From Protoeuglena noctilucae (taxonomy: Eukaryota), in contig OY253674.1 of NCBI GenBank assembly GCA_958009085.1, positions 1,054,001 to 1,118,000 of the forward strand: DNA of 64,000 nt, in the 5' to 3' direction. The notes under the pieces were generated by a model. It was given only the letters and a program-made list of their open reading frames with translations. It did no database searches and was not told where the DNA came from. Positions 1-16,148 of this stretch are shown here, one piece after another. Numbering within the stretch: position 1 is the first letter of the stretch; each line of letters begins with the position of its first letter. The translations under genes and the position numbers were made by a program.

Positions 1-100
1 GGTGACGCGACCGCGGCGTCTCTCCTGCGACCGCTGTTGCTCCACCGTGCGACACTCGTCGTGCTCTTTGCGCATGGCTAGCGAGCGCTGAGGTTGCCGG

Positions 101-3100
101 ATGCAGGGAGGGGCGGGCCGGAAGTCCCAGTCGTCTGGGCTGGTGGGTCAGAGGGACGCCGGTCGCGAGCTGAGGTCGTCGGGGTGGAATGAGTACAACC
201 ATGGGGCGCGACCGCCCGCCTCGGAGTCGGCCGACAGCGAGTGAGCGTTGCGCGCGCTCGTGTGTCTGCGGAACTGGACCGCGTCGGGGGCGAGAACACA
301 GTCCCTCCATGCACGGGGATGCAGAGATTTAGGGCCGGTTGATTGCTGCCGCAGGGGGAGCAGGAGCGGCAGCGAGAGCCGCGATGAGGAGCTGAGCGGC
401 TTTGAGAACGTCGGGAAGCAGATATGGGACATGATGAAGTGGATGGTGTTGCCAGGGGAAGACCAACCGCAGCAGGGGGAGGCTGGGCTGGGGACAACCA
501 TGCTGGGGCAGCCTCAGCGCGCGCGGCGCGGGAGCAGGTCAATGCGCCTGCGTTTGGGATGCTGAACGAAGCAGATGTTGGCGCCGCAGTTGCCGCATGG
601 TGCCAAGCCATGCAAACCCTTGTTTGCGCGGTGGCCGCAGTGAGGAGGGCTGGCAGCTCCCCGTGCAAATCTCCAACATGGGCGGCGTTGCCAAGGGACT
701 GTACGTCGCTTTGGCGATCATCATTGCCTGGCACCTCTTCCTGGAAGCCCACGCCGCCCTGTGTCCTGCGGATGGCCTGAGGAGCGCCGTGACCATCCCC
801 ATCTGTGGGGCTATGTCCACGCTTCACGGGCACGCGATGAGGTATGGGAGATGCCCCTCGCACCTCGCGGTGTCTCTGCTGCCGCGGGAGCACAATTTGC
901 GTCGCCCTTCCTCGTTGCTGCAGGCATTTGGGGATCCCCATCCGCCTCCTGCGACCCTTCTTTCTGCCGCTGCTCACCGTGGCCAGGATCCTCGTCAACG
1001 CGGCGGTCTTCGTCTTCATGTTCGCCTTCGGGCCATTGTGGTACCTCGTCTGGAACGACGTCCTCGGGACCACCTTTGGGGTGACCCATGCGTGGTGCCT
1101 GGCGCCTGCCCTGCGCTCCCACGCGCCAGGGCCGCTGTCGAACGCGACCCCGCTCGTCGCCGCAGATCCTCCGTCGCATCGTCCGCCTCGCCGTCTCGAC
1201 GTTGCGGGGCGGCCGCGAAAGTGCGGACGGCGCATGGGCCTGGATCACGCAGGGGATCGAGAAGCGGCCCCCCGGGCGGGCGTGGGTGTCTCTGTCGATG
1301 CCGGGCGTCATCGCGCCCCTCGCGCGCCTGGTGTCCCTCTTGCCCCGGGGCGCCCTGCACCCCTCTGCAGTGTGGCATGCCGCGCAGTCGCCCCGAGGTG
1401 TGACGGGGCTCCTGTGCCTCGTCACCGTCACGGGCTGGCTGGCGCTCTTCCGGGGCGCCTGGGCCGGCAACCTGACCACCCCCCGCGCGCCCAGCCGGCT
1501 GGCCCCGCTGGCGGTGGTGGCCCGGCACTCGGCCGGCCTGCTGGGCGTGGCGGCCGTGTGGCACTCCGTGTGGACGCGCTCGCCGCTCATGGCGGCCCAG
1601 CGCTGCACGCTGTGGCTGATCGTCCTCGAGGTGGCCGCGCCCTGGGCCCTCGCGGTCGTGGTGCGGTGGGCGCGGGGGGGTTACCGGGAGGAGGGGGCCC
1701 CGGAGGCGGGGGTGGCCAGGTCCTTCCGGGAGGCCGTGGCGCACATGCTCGTGGGATCGCAGGCGGGGCTGCAGTGGGACGACAGCCAGGTGCTGTCGAC
1801 GCCCCCACTGGACGACTACGCCGACGTCAGCACCGACCGCCAGTCGGTGCCCGAGCTGCTTTCGCTCCTGTACCCGAGCCAGAACTGGCGCGACGCCATC
1901 CCCGAGACGGACGTCACCGACCTCCGCGGCATCCGGATGGAGGTCCGGGAGGAGCGTTGCCTGGCGTGGACGGCCGCGCGGCCCCTGAGGCGAGGGGCAG
2001 CGATGCGCGAGGCTGCGGGCGCTGAGGGACCCGGGCTCCGGGTGTGCCGTATGACGATCGCCTTTCGTGTCTCTGCCCCGCAGCCTGCTCTCTCGCGCGC
2101 TTGCGGACCCGCGGCTGGCCACGCTCCCGGCCTGGGCCAAGTCCCTCGTGTCCGGGACCACGGTCCGCGCCGGCCGCGTCTTCCCCGCGCCCTTCTCCCT
2201 CGTGCCCCTCCTCCACGGGGGCTTCTCGGCCCTCCCCGAGGCCCGGCAGGTCGTCCTCGACTTGCGGCAGATCCGGCACGCGCTGGAGGCGGCGGGGGTG
2301 CCGCGCCCAACCATCGAGGAGCTGCCCTTCTCCCCCGCCATGCTCTCGCGCATGCTGGGGAAGGCCGCGGACGACGGCGGTGGTGGCCCCGCTGCTCCGG
2401 CGGTGCCTGCCCGGGGCCGGCGGGGGGACTCGCGAAAGGGCGGGGCAGGGCCGGGGTCTTCTGCGGCGGACGGCCCAGCGCCCCTGCGCCGCCGCCGCCT
2501 GGGTCTGCTGGCGCGGCTGCTGTGCATGCAGGACTCGCAGAAGTTCCTGTACACGCGTCCGAGCCCCGAGTTCAAGCGCGTGCCGATGGACCACACGCGG
2601 CACGGGTGCCTGGGGATGGCGCGCATGGTGTCGGTCGGAACGCAGACGACACCGCCGCAGGGTGAGAGCGGCCGCGTGATGTGATACAGTGATGCCTGCA
2701 GAGCCACACATGCGTCGGCCGTGCTTGAAAGTGGCCAGCCGGGACCGAGTTTAGTGACGCGCTTGCCCCCGTCCCTGCAGGCCCTTGGGAGGAACGCACG
2801 GGGGTGTTGACGCAGGCGTGGAGCCCGGAGAGCGGGGCACGCGACGCGCGGTCGGAGGCGTCGACTGCCGAGGAGTGGTGGGTGGAGATGCAGGGGACGC
2901 GGCACGTGGTGGACCGCGTGCACTCGATCCAATCCGAGACGGTGGCGAGGATGTCGTCCACGGAGACGGTGGAGGCCTACCTGTGCCTGGCTGCCGCGCA
3001 CCAGCTCGTGCACATGGCCTACGACTTTGTGTGGACGAACGTGCGCGTCCTCATCGCCCTAGGTGCCTCGGACGGCTCGGCTCGCGCCATCCGCTGGGCC

Positions 3101-3822
3101 CTCTCCCGGTGGCGGCCCTCTTGGGTGGCCTTCATGGGCCAGTCCCTAGGCGAGGGGGTGGCCGCGGGGGCGCGCTCCACGGCCCGTGCCGCGGTCGTGT
3201 CCCTGGCCGTGGTGTCGTGCGCCATCGCCGTGCAGCTGCACCTGACGCGCCTCCTGCGCCCTCTCTACGAGGCATGGGTGTCGTACTACGCCGTCTCACT
3301 CGTGGCCGCCGCCTGGTACCACCCGGACCTGCTGGCCAGCATGGCCGAGGAGGTGCAGGAGCGGGCGCAGATCGGCGACAACGTGCTGGCCGTGCAGGTG
3401 CGGGCGGGACGGGGCCCGGTCTCTGCGCCGCACGCGTCACCTTGCCTCCTATGCGACTGCTCGTCCTTCGACGCAGTTGGGCCCTGGGATTCTGTGCCCG
3501 TGCGCTGCCCGCATGGACTGCGCGCTGACCGGCCACTCCACTGCCACGGCCCTCGTCTGCGAGAACCGCGCCGGTGCGGTCCTGAAGGGCAGGAACGAGG
3601 CGGCCAAGTGAGGGTGGCGCGTCATGTCAATGTGTCAGGGATCGGCAGGCGCCTTGTCCCATGGCCCGTGGCTAATGGCCCGCTCCCGCGCCTGTCCGCA
3701 GGGCCTTGTATGAGCTGGCCACGCGCCTGGACCTCCAGCGCCGCGGGGACAAGGAGGAGGGGCTCCTAAACATCGTCGGGGCACTGCAACGGCAGGCCAT
3801 CGCCTGGATGAACCTCTCCTAG
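101..3822 (+). CDS. Multi-exon hypothetical membrane protein (orphan)
   Basis: The ORF splices in frame from ATG 101 (MQGGAGRKSQ...) through GT-AG introns near 241-353, 538-640, 842-923, 1081-1165, 2042-2083, 2662-2780, 3398-3476 and 3608-3702 to TAG 3820-3822 (...QAIAWMNLS*). It has several hydrophobic segments (LYVALAIIIAWHLFL, ILVNAAVFVFMFAFGPLWYLVW, AAVVSLAVVSCAIAV). No family recognised. Confidence 0.6.
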
Positions 3823-3887
3823 CGCTTCCCGCCATTCAACGGCACTAGCTAGACGAGCGGCCCAGTCGCCTGGGGCCGCTCCCTCCG

Positions 3888-5145
3888 TCACAATATCTCG
3901 AGCGTCGCCTCCGGATAGCCGCATGGCCCCTTGTACTTTTCAAACAGCTTCGAAATGGCGTCGATGAAGCGGGCCAGCCCGGCCTCCACCTCCTCCGGTG
4001 CAGGGTCCGCCTTGCTTCCCAAATCAATTGGCGTCCCAACCACGACGCACAGCCCCGCGGGCGACCCGGGGAGAGGCAACGGCAGGAGCCACCGGCCTGC
4101 ATGCACGGGCGCCATGGCTGCAGGTTCCTGGTCGGGCCTGGAGCAACTGCCATCATATGCGGTCCTCCCTCACCGTAGAAAACCATGGGGAGAAACCCCA
4201 GCACCCGCGCCACGCTCTTGACCAGCCATCCCGGCACGAGCGGGGGCCCTGGGCGCACGAACTTCATCAGGTAACCCTGCCCGAAGCCCACCACAGGGAC
4301 CACTTTCGCCCCCGTCTGGATGGCGAGCTTGATGAACCCAAACCTCTTTCTGAGGAAAAAGGTCTCGTGACTCCCCCCCCGCATGTACACGCACTCCTGC
4401 ACCCCGCCGGGGCAGATGGCAACCCTCCCTCCCCCCGGCGACTCGAGCAGTCGCCTCACGCTGGGGCGAGAGATGTCACGCAGGCCCGACTCCCACCAGA
4501 AGTGCTTGACGATGGGCTGCGCTGCGTGCGAAGGGCGGCACGGGCGTGGCTGCCACTGCAGCGGTCCTCCACAAGTGATGCGCTCACGTGTCACCCACGG
4601 GGACTCACCGAGGACCGCCGAGCTCGCGGCCATGTTGACCGCGCCCGCGACCGGACGGATGCCCCCCTCCCACAGCGGATTCATGGTGAGGTTCATCCCC
4701 CATGGCAGCACCGAGTGGGGCTCGTAGCCGAAGAGGAGGCGCTGACCCTTCTCTCGCAGCGCGGCCTCGTCCTCGAAGACCAGCTTGTACTTCCAGTACA
4801 CTGCCATGACCTGGAGCATGCGCTCCACGAGTCTGTGTATCACTCGTTTCCATGATTGGGGTAGCGAGCCCGGTGGAAGCAAGGCGAGGGAAACGAAGAT
4901 GGCGAGGGCCGTGAGACCCACGCGGGGGTATGCGAAAGCCAAGACGAGCGCGGTGAGGCCGATGACCGCATTGACGGGGATCCTGCAAGCCAGGCAGGCG
5001 CAGGTCAACGACGCGCTCGACGACAGGGTGGGCACGCGGCTCCACGACAGCCGGGCAACGGCAGGAAGACAGGCCAGCCTCTTAGCCCCCACCAGAAGAT
5101 CACGAACGAGCCAAAGAGGAGGCTCCAGGCGTCACGAAGCCCCAT
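3888..5145 (-). CDS. DGAT2: Diacylglycerol acyltransferase type 2 (plant-like EPHS subtype)
   Basis: N-terminal transmembrane hairpin followed by FGYEPHSVLP, CPGGVQE, FLRKRFGFIKLAIQTGAKVVPV and VVVGTPI, which are DGAT2/MOGAT motifs. Spliced. Confidence 0.9.
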
Positions 5146-5794
5146 GGTGGCAAAGCCAGCTTGCTCACAGCGGGCAACTATTCTCGCCACGACAGCCAGC
5201 TGACCAGAGAAAGGTCCATGGGGCACAGCCTGGGATACATGCGACGTTTGTGAATGGTCAGGGGCAGAGGGATAGGGCAGTCTTTTCGTCTGGGCTGAGC
5301 CCTGTTCTGGCAGGGCATCCCCAAGCCACTTCCGTCGATTCCAGGCGCTAGCGGCAACAAGTTCGCTGCGAAAATGCAGGCGACTTGAGCGTTCGTCTTT
5401 CCGCGCCGCGGTTGAGGTAGCTCTTGTGACACCGTCTTTTGACATCGACGGAGAGGCGGGCAGCGCCCGGAGAGGGGGAAGTCAGGCGCATGACGATCGA
5501 CTACAGCGGCGTCGGCCGCCAAATTCCCGTGGGGACCCCGGATTCGAGGTAAGTGTGCTTGGGCGTCGCCTGGCGTGGCTCTCACGCAGCGGCTTGACAT
5601 GCGTTAACGACACGCGTTCACCAATCACAGGGACGCCTCCATGCCTGGCTCTCCGCTCGCGTCGCCCGTCAGGTGAGCGCCGGCCCATTCCGGCTCGCCT
5701 CGTGCGGGCCCTTGCTGGCCCGCCCCTCCTGGCTCCTGCTCGCCCCTGCTAACCCCTGCTGACTCTCCTGTTTCCGCTCCATCGTCTCCGCTAG

Positions 5795-8954
<3,160 letters not shown>

Positions 8955-9271
8955 CTGGGAATAAAGAGGAGCAGGCGTGCGTTATGATCAGCTGTGGTTC
9001 TGACCGTCTCTTTCTCTTTCCGTTCGTGGAATGAAAGCCTCTTGGGAGTCTTTCCCTCTCACCTTTTGCCACCTCCCAACGATTGACCCCCTTGATTACT
9101 ATGATTCCCTCCCAACGACGATCGCGCGGCTGGCGGATGCCCCAAGGGGTACACGCTCTTTGCTCTCGCTGCCATGTTGAAGCTCCTCTGTATTTTTATG
9201 CCACTGTGCATACATCAAAAGGCGTTGGACCGCGTACAGCGATCCGCCTCAGGTCTAGCAAGTGACAATCT

Positions 9272-12200
9272 CTATGCCCCTCCCGCCTCTGCCCCCTCCT
9301 CCTTGCACGAGCCCACTCGTCCTCCCTCCACCCCGCACAGCTCCACGAGTCGCCGCAGCACGTGCAGCCCCGCCCGCTTCTCCAGCACCGCGTTGTACTG
9401 GGAGCAGTCCGTCGACTGGATGCAGCCGGGGCACCCGTGGCCGCCCGCACAGCCGCACCCCTCCACCAGAGCCAGCGCCTTGGAGAGCAGCAGGGGGAAG
9501 AGGGGCGCAGCCTGCATGCACACAAAGCCATGCGCGTTGCATAGCCCCAACAGCTCCAGGCAACTCCTGAACACGCCACCCAATGGCAGTGCTCACCTGC
9601 GCTGCGAGCCCGACCCCGCCCGGCTGGCTGTCGTAGAGCAGGAGCCTCTCCGGGCGGTACCGCGTGGCATACGGGTTGTCGCACTCGGCCTTGACGTCCC
9701 CCGCGTTGCAGACCACGTGCAGGGGCAGCACGTTCAGGACAGCGTGGGCCGCCGCGTGCAGCCCCTCCCGTAAGGGCAGGCCCAGGCCCCGCATCTCGGC
9801 ACGCAGGGCGTGCGGCACGGCCACGAACGCCGCCTCGGTGCGGACCTGGCTGGCGGGGAGGTACAGCTCTACGGTGTCAAAGATGCGGCCACTGCCGCGC
9901 CAGATGCGGTGGAATCCGATCCACTGCGTCGTCACCACGGCGTCCGCGCACACGGCCGTGGGACAGCCGGCACGCGAGGGCCCGGCATCCGGGCCGGTCA
10001 GGGACGCTGCGCCGGGGTGCGAGGGCCGCGCGTCGTCCACCGAGGGCCGCCCCGCCTGGCCGCGCTCGTGGGACCCGAGGGCCGAGTAGGCATTGCGTGC
10101 GCCGATGACGTGGACGTCTGCAGGGGCACTCGGCGTGGCATGGGGAGGTGCCTTGCTAGCAGTGTGTCTGTGACGGCACACACACGTGGCCTGACCCAGT
10201 CAGCACTGCCCCTCACCGACGACGTCGATGGGTGCGGTGTAGTACTTGACCTGCACGGGGCGCACCACGGCCACGCGCGCGCCCACGTCCAGCCGCTTGC
10301 AGAGGTAGGTGCGTCCCTGGTACATGTAGATGGCGCCGTCATAGACCTCAAAGAAGGCCTTGCTCTCCTCGATCTCCTCCAGCACCTCCTGGCTCGACTC
10401 GTCGACAATCGTGAAGCGGTCGGGGTCGATGGCACGAAGCGACACGGAGGCAGCGGGGTTGGCGTCCGGGCCCACGTAAGCATAGCACCCCCTCTGTGAG
10501 GAAGGGTGGACACAGAGACATGGGACGTGCACCGAGACATGGGTAGCAGACAAACGCCTCTCTTGCTGTAGCACTTGCTGCCAGAGACGCCATCTGCCAG
10601 CTCCCTGTCCCATGCGCCACCTCTCACCTCCCCGGTTGGCGGCCGGCCGATGACCCTGTCCTTCAGCAGCCCCGCCGCGACCCTCGACAGCTTGCGGCCA
10701 AAGTAGGCCACGTCCTCGCCTAAGTGGAGGGGCACCTCCTTGGCAGCTGCAGAGAGCCGTGGGAGCGGCAGCCTCAGCATTCGTGCGCAGTGACAGTCTC
10801 GACACAAACCAGCTGCACCTCCCTCACCGCACGCCACGTGCATGGCCATGAGACCCTCGTTCTCCGGGTCCGCGCCGGTCCGCTCGATGGGCCTCCCCAG
10901 CAACGCCTCAGGATTCCTCATGAAGTACTGGTCCAGTGGCCCGTCGAATGCCACGTACACTGCTAAGCTCTTCTGCCCCCTCCGCCCCGCCCGTCCCGCC
11001 TGCTGCCAGAGGCTGGCGACGGAGCCGGGGAACCCTAGGTGCAAGGTGCAGTCGAGCTCCCCCACGTCCACGCCCAGCTCCAGGGCATTGGTGGCCGCCA
11101 CCCCCCGCAGCCTCCCGCAGAACAGCGCCCCCTCGATCTCCCGGCGGTCCTGCGCGGCGTACCCTCCCCGGTACACGCTCACGGCGTTGACGAGGTGCGG
11201 GGCGGACGCGCGCAGAGTCTCGCGGGTGTAGCAGGCCACCAGCTCGCAGAGCTTGCGGGTGCGGCAGAAGGCGATCGTGCGCAGGCCGTGCTGCACCGCC
11301 TCGGCCAGGAGCAGCGCCACCTCCACGATCGGACTGCAGGGTAGAATAGAAGTGCGGCAGTGTTCCACAGATGTGCAGCGACTGTTGAGGCACATGCAAC
11401 ACGACTAGAACCGCCAGCATCACGACGCTGATGTTTATCAGGTGCTCCATCAAATACTGGCCCACATCACTCCGCGCATCGAGTCTCACCTGCTCCGCCT
11501 CTCGTCCTCCAGCGTCCCCGCCGCCCCCTTCCTCGCCAACACCTCCCCCGGCACATCCCCCAGCGCCACCCGCGCCACCCTACCCTCCCCGTCCTGCTCT
11601 GTGCCCTGTGCTGTGCCTTGCTCTACCTCAACTCTCCCTCTGCCAGCAGGCACCTGGGGCAGGTACACCAGCTGCTTGACAGCGTCACCCATGCCATCGT
11701 CTGCAGACCCACTGCCTTGAGACCCACCCCTCCCCACCACGCGAGAGCCCCACACGCGCCGCCGATGCAGCACGCGCTGCGGGCGGCTGTTGGGCTGGGG
11801 CAGAGCAGCCCCTGCCACCGCCAACTCGGCCCGGGCCTTGGCATCCACATCCAACGCCACCTCATGCCCCTCCGCCAGTGCGCCAGCGCCCTCCGACCCT
11901 CCTGCCCCATCCCTGAGCCGATCCAAGTCATCGTCAGCGCGCACAGTCGAGTCCTCCGCCCCCGCCATGGCCCGCACCCCACGGCCCTCGGCAGCGGCCC
12001 CCGCCCGCCGCATGTGCAGGCCCACGTCCGCGAGTCGCGGGAAGTGTCCCTTAGCGACATCCGCAGCAGCTGCGAGGGCCTCTTGCTCCACGCCCTCCCC
12101 CCTCGCCCTCTCCGTCAGCCGCCCCGCCGGCAGCACCGCCGCCCCGTCGCTCGCCAGGACCTGCCGCCTCACGTCACGCACCCACGACCCGCCCTCCACG

Positions 12201-15200
12201 CCGTCTCCGTCTTCGCCTCGTAACGCCGCCGCCCGCTTGCGCCCCACCGCCACCGCTGCCACCCACTCCGCCTCGCCCACGCCACGCGCCACCGCCAGCT
12301 GACGCGCCCCGTAGCGAGCCGCGTTCGCCTCCCGAGCCATGATCCGCTGCATCTCCCGTGCCCGAGCCCGCGCCTCGCCCTTCCTCACCCCCACGCCCGC
12401 ACCCGCACCCGCCCTCGTACCCAAGCCTGACCCATCCGCCTCACCCCCGGATTCGCCGCCACTCTGCCCTGACCCTGCCGCCTGCGATAACGACCAAAGC
12501 ACTCATACCTCCAGCCTCTATCCATCGAATGCCCCCATCACAGCAGTGGCAGACCTCATCACCCACGCCTCCTCACCGACCGGCTCCTTGCCTTCCTCGC
12601 TGCTTCGCGCTCTTTGAATGTGGCCCGGGACTCGGTGTGGGAGGGCACGCGAAGGCCCATCTGCCGCGCTCGCTCGGCCTGCTCCGTTAAGGGGGGGTTC
12701 CAGAACTGAGAGGAGGTCAAAGAGAGGTGCAGGTGAGCCATGCCAACGACATCGCCTGTACTTGCATCCTCACCACTACCTCCTGAAGCCCACCCTAGCA
12801 CCCCACCATGCCTCACCACCACCTCCTCATGCCCACCTAAGCATGCCACCGTGCCTCACCACCACCTCCTTGGGCCCGTGGGGCGAGCCATCCTCGACCA
12901 CTGCCACGACGTCCTCGACACCCAAAAGGCGACCCACGTGCTCGACGGGGTTGGCGATGGTGGCGGACGTGACGACGAAGGTGGGGTTGGACTGGTAAAC
13001 GCGCTGGCACACCCGGCGTAGGCGGCGCACCAGCAGGGCCATGTGGCAGCCGAACAAGCCCCTGGGATAATATGAATGAGGAAGTGTGTGTGAACATGGA
13101 CACGGCACAATTGGCTGGTAACAGCCTCTCACAGCATCGCCTCATGCGAGTTGGCCTGCCCAGGTCCACCCGTACTGCTTGCCTGTACGCGTGGCCCTCG
13201 TCAATGACGACGAAGCGGAGGTTGCGGAGGAATCGCTCGAAGGTGGCGTGCACGGGCAGCACGCTCATGTGGATCATGTCCGGATTGGTGACGAGGAGCT
13301 GGGCACGCGCGCGGATGCCGGCACGGTCCCTGCAACACACGGCAGCAACTGATACCCATTTATGCAGTGCAACAGCACCCACGATGCACAGGCCGTCCAC
13401 CCACTGTGTCCCGTCCCCTCTGCCCCTCTCTCCCTCTCACCCCATGGGCGTGTCTCCGTCATAGATGTCCACGCTCGGCAGCCCCTCGTCGCCACTCGCG
13501 CCCCCGAACGCCGCCCGCACCAGGCCCCTCAGCGCGCCCAGCTGGTCTTGAGCCAGCGCCTTGGTGGGGAACATGTACAGCGCGCATGTGGCCGGGTCCC
13601 TGGCCAGCGCCTCGAGCACAGGCACGTTGTAGCACAGGGACTTGCCGCTGGCGGTGGAGGTGGCCACCACCGTGTGTCTGCCCGCAGTGACCGCGTCGAT
13701 GGCCTCTGCCTGGTGCCGGAAGAGCCGGGACACTCCGCGGCTTTGCAGTGCGCGGAGGGTCGACTCCTGCGGAATGACAGGAGAGCTGAGGTCGAACAAC
13801 ACAGGCAGACAGCAGGCGCAACACACGTGGCAGGACCCACTGCTTCTGCCTGTCATGTGTCATAGCCCACCTGCAGCGGCACGCTCGGGTCCCGGTGCTG
13901 CGGCTCCCTTCCCGCCCGCTCCTGTCGGTACACCAACTGCCCCTTGTACCACGGCAGGGTCTGCAGGTGTGCCAGCCAGGCATCCACCCCCAGCGCCGCG
14001 GTGTCCCGGCAGGGGCGACTTGCCTTCACCAACGATGGCGGCCGGGCGTTCTTCACGGGGCTCTGCAAATGACGCAGAGCCTTGGACACCGGCTGCGCGG
14101 GGGCCGCCGCTGTCGCCTGGGCCCGCCCCAACGCGCGCTGCGCCGCCGCCACTGCCGCCGCCAGCGACACGGATGCGGGGTCGCAACCCTCCGGCCACTC
14201 CCCGGTGCAAAAGGGCTCCACCCACCCAGACACCGCCGGGCTGTCCTGAGCCTTGGTTGCAACCCGCAGATCTGCTTCTGCCTCTGCGTCCTCGTCGCTG
14301 GACGCCTGCGGCTCTGCAGCATCCGCCTGCCCGTCCTGCAGGGCCAGCGCAGTGGCAACGGCCAATGCGTGCCGAAACGCCCTGGTGCGCCGCGCCGTGG
14401 CGTTGCTCACGCCGCGCTCCGTTTGCTGGGCCTCCGCCGAGCCCTTCCCTTTCCGCTGATCGCTCCAAACCTGGAGGACCTCGGCGCCCGCAAGAGACCC
14501 TAGCCCCGCCTGGGTGAAGGCGTTCCGCTCTCTGCGACGCATGAATGCACACGGTGGGACCGACAGCGGCAATGCTGCAGGCAGACAAGCAGACGCTGCA
14601 ATGTCCTCCGCATGTGCCACACAGAATGCATGGGCTAGGGTAAGGACAACTCCACCCTCTCACCTGCGGCTCCCCGGGTCGAAGAGCTCCACGATGACGT
14701 TCGTGTCCCCGCCCACCGTCACGTCGTATGCCCCTCCCGCCCAGTCGTCCAGCCGCCCGTACGCGTCCCCGTGGAGAGCCCCCTCCACTCGCGAGCGCAG
14801 GAACCCACCGGGGTCGGCAACGCTTCCCGCCCCATCCGTGCGCTGACCCTTCCCCTGCGGCCCATCCTCCACTGGGATGAGGCACACCACATGCGGCGCA
14901 AGCCCCGCCATCGCCTCCACGTCCGCCATCGTGATGCTCGTACCTCCCCGCAAGTCTGCAGACGCAGGCAGTCAGTTCCTGAGCACCTGACAGCCGCAGC
15001 CCCGCACGCATAGCACGCAGGCGCAGCCACCCACCCGCGACAGCGCAGCGGACGTTGTGCAGGGTGGCCTGCACGTGGTGGCGTGAGAGGAATCCAAAGA
15101 CGGTGTTGAGAGCCTCGAAGACGCCCAGAATGCCCTCCAGCTCTGGCGATAGGGGCAGGCGGTCGGCACACTTGGCTGCTCGCCCCACCAGCGGCCGTCC

Positions 15201-15917
15201 CACCATCTCCAGCAAGTCGCGCGGCTCAGGCATCCCGCCTTGGCGCGCACCGGGTCCCCTCTGCTTGGCGGGCGCGCTCCCTCCTGCAGTCCCTTGCTCA
15301 TCCTCCTCCTGTTGCTGTCGTGGCCCGTCGCAATCGCCCGCTGGCCCCCCGGCCATCGCCTTGCGTGGCGCGCGCCTTCGCCTCGCTGGTGGCTCGCTCG
15401 ACGCATCTGTCACCTGCTCCTCGTCTCTGTAAATCGGCGGCAGTCGCTGCGCGGGGGGCGGGCCTTCCGACGGTGCGGGGCACTGAGGTGGCCCCTGCGC
15501 GTCCAGCGCCAAAGGCGGTCGCGATGGCGGTTCCGACGGCTCGATTCCAGCATTCGCAACGTGCTCCTCGGCGGTGATGCCTGGTGAGGCCGTCTGGGCG
15601 CTGGGGGTCGGGCCCGCACGGACTAGCTTTGCCAAGGCTGTGATGAATCCTTCCAGGGTCGCCAGTTCCTCGTGGTCCGCCAGCTTGCGTCCATGGACGT
15701 AAAGCTTGCATTTCGTATGGTGCTCCTGCTGCGATAGCGAGGTATGCGAGAGAAAAGGTTCATGCTGTGGCTCGCTGTGACCGCTTCTCTTCGGAAAGCC
15801 CGTTCAGCCGCATCCCGAATGCACCTGGATGTAGGTCTTAAGGTCCTTGACGGTTTTCATGCCATCTCGGGCAACTTCGACGGTTTCGCCTGAAAGAAAC
15901 CGCACCGAGATGGTCAT
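9272..15917 (-). CDS. HRQ1: HRQ1/RecQ4-like DEAH helicase with N-terminal ubiquitin-like domain and C-terminal DUF1998 zinc domain
   Basis: UBL-like start MTISVRFLSGETVEV...TVKDLK. Helicase motifs LFRHQ, TSTASGKSLCY, YMFPTKALAQDQ, TNPDMIH, VIDEGHAY, SATIANP, FCRTRKLCE, ATNALELGVDVG and QQAGRAGR. C-terminal HAAAHA...CGCAGGHGCPGCI. Confidence 0.93.
12765..12870 (-). repeat. Three 43-nt-period copies of an HRQ1 exon end plus GTGAG donor
   Basis: The core CCTCACCAC(C/T)ACCTCCT starts at + strand positions 12768, 12811 and 12854, an exact 43-nt spacing. Confidence 0.9.
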
Positions 15918-16148
15918 GGGCCTCACGGCGCCCATACTAGCGCGGAAGCGCGCCCCGACAGATCATGTCCTTAACCCTATGACGGTTACTGTCTGGCAGC
16001 CTACCTCAGGCCGCGCAATCAAATTGCGCATTGTGATCACCAGCGCAGGTTCAGTGCAGCACACGTGCGACCAGGCACAGGGACAAGGTCGGGGGGACTG
16101 ACACGGGGGCTGTGCTAGATCAGGTACGCTAAGTCGGACCATCTCCCA

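Noticed and set aside
13406..13460. Possible fourth ~45-nt exon-end duplication in HRQ1 (GACGGAGACAC versus GACGGGACAC)
   Set aside because: The match is too short and degenerate to separate from chance.
9272..15917. Helicase plus DUF1998 as a bacterial DISARM/Druantia/MrfA-type defence gene
   Set aside because: It is intron-rich, has an N-terminal ubiquitin-like domain typical of plant HRQ1, and has no partner genes.
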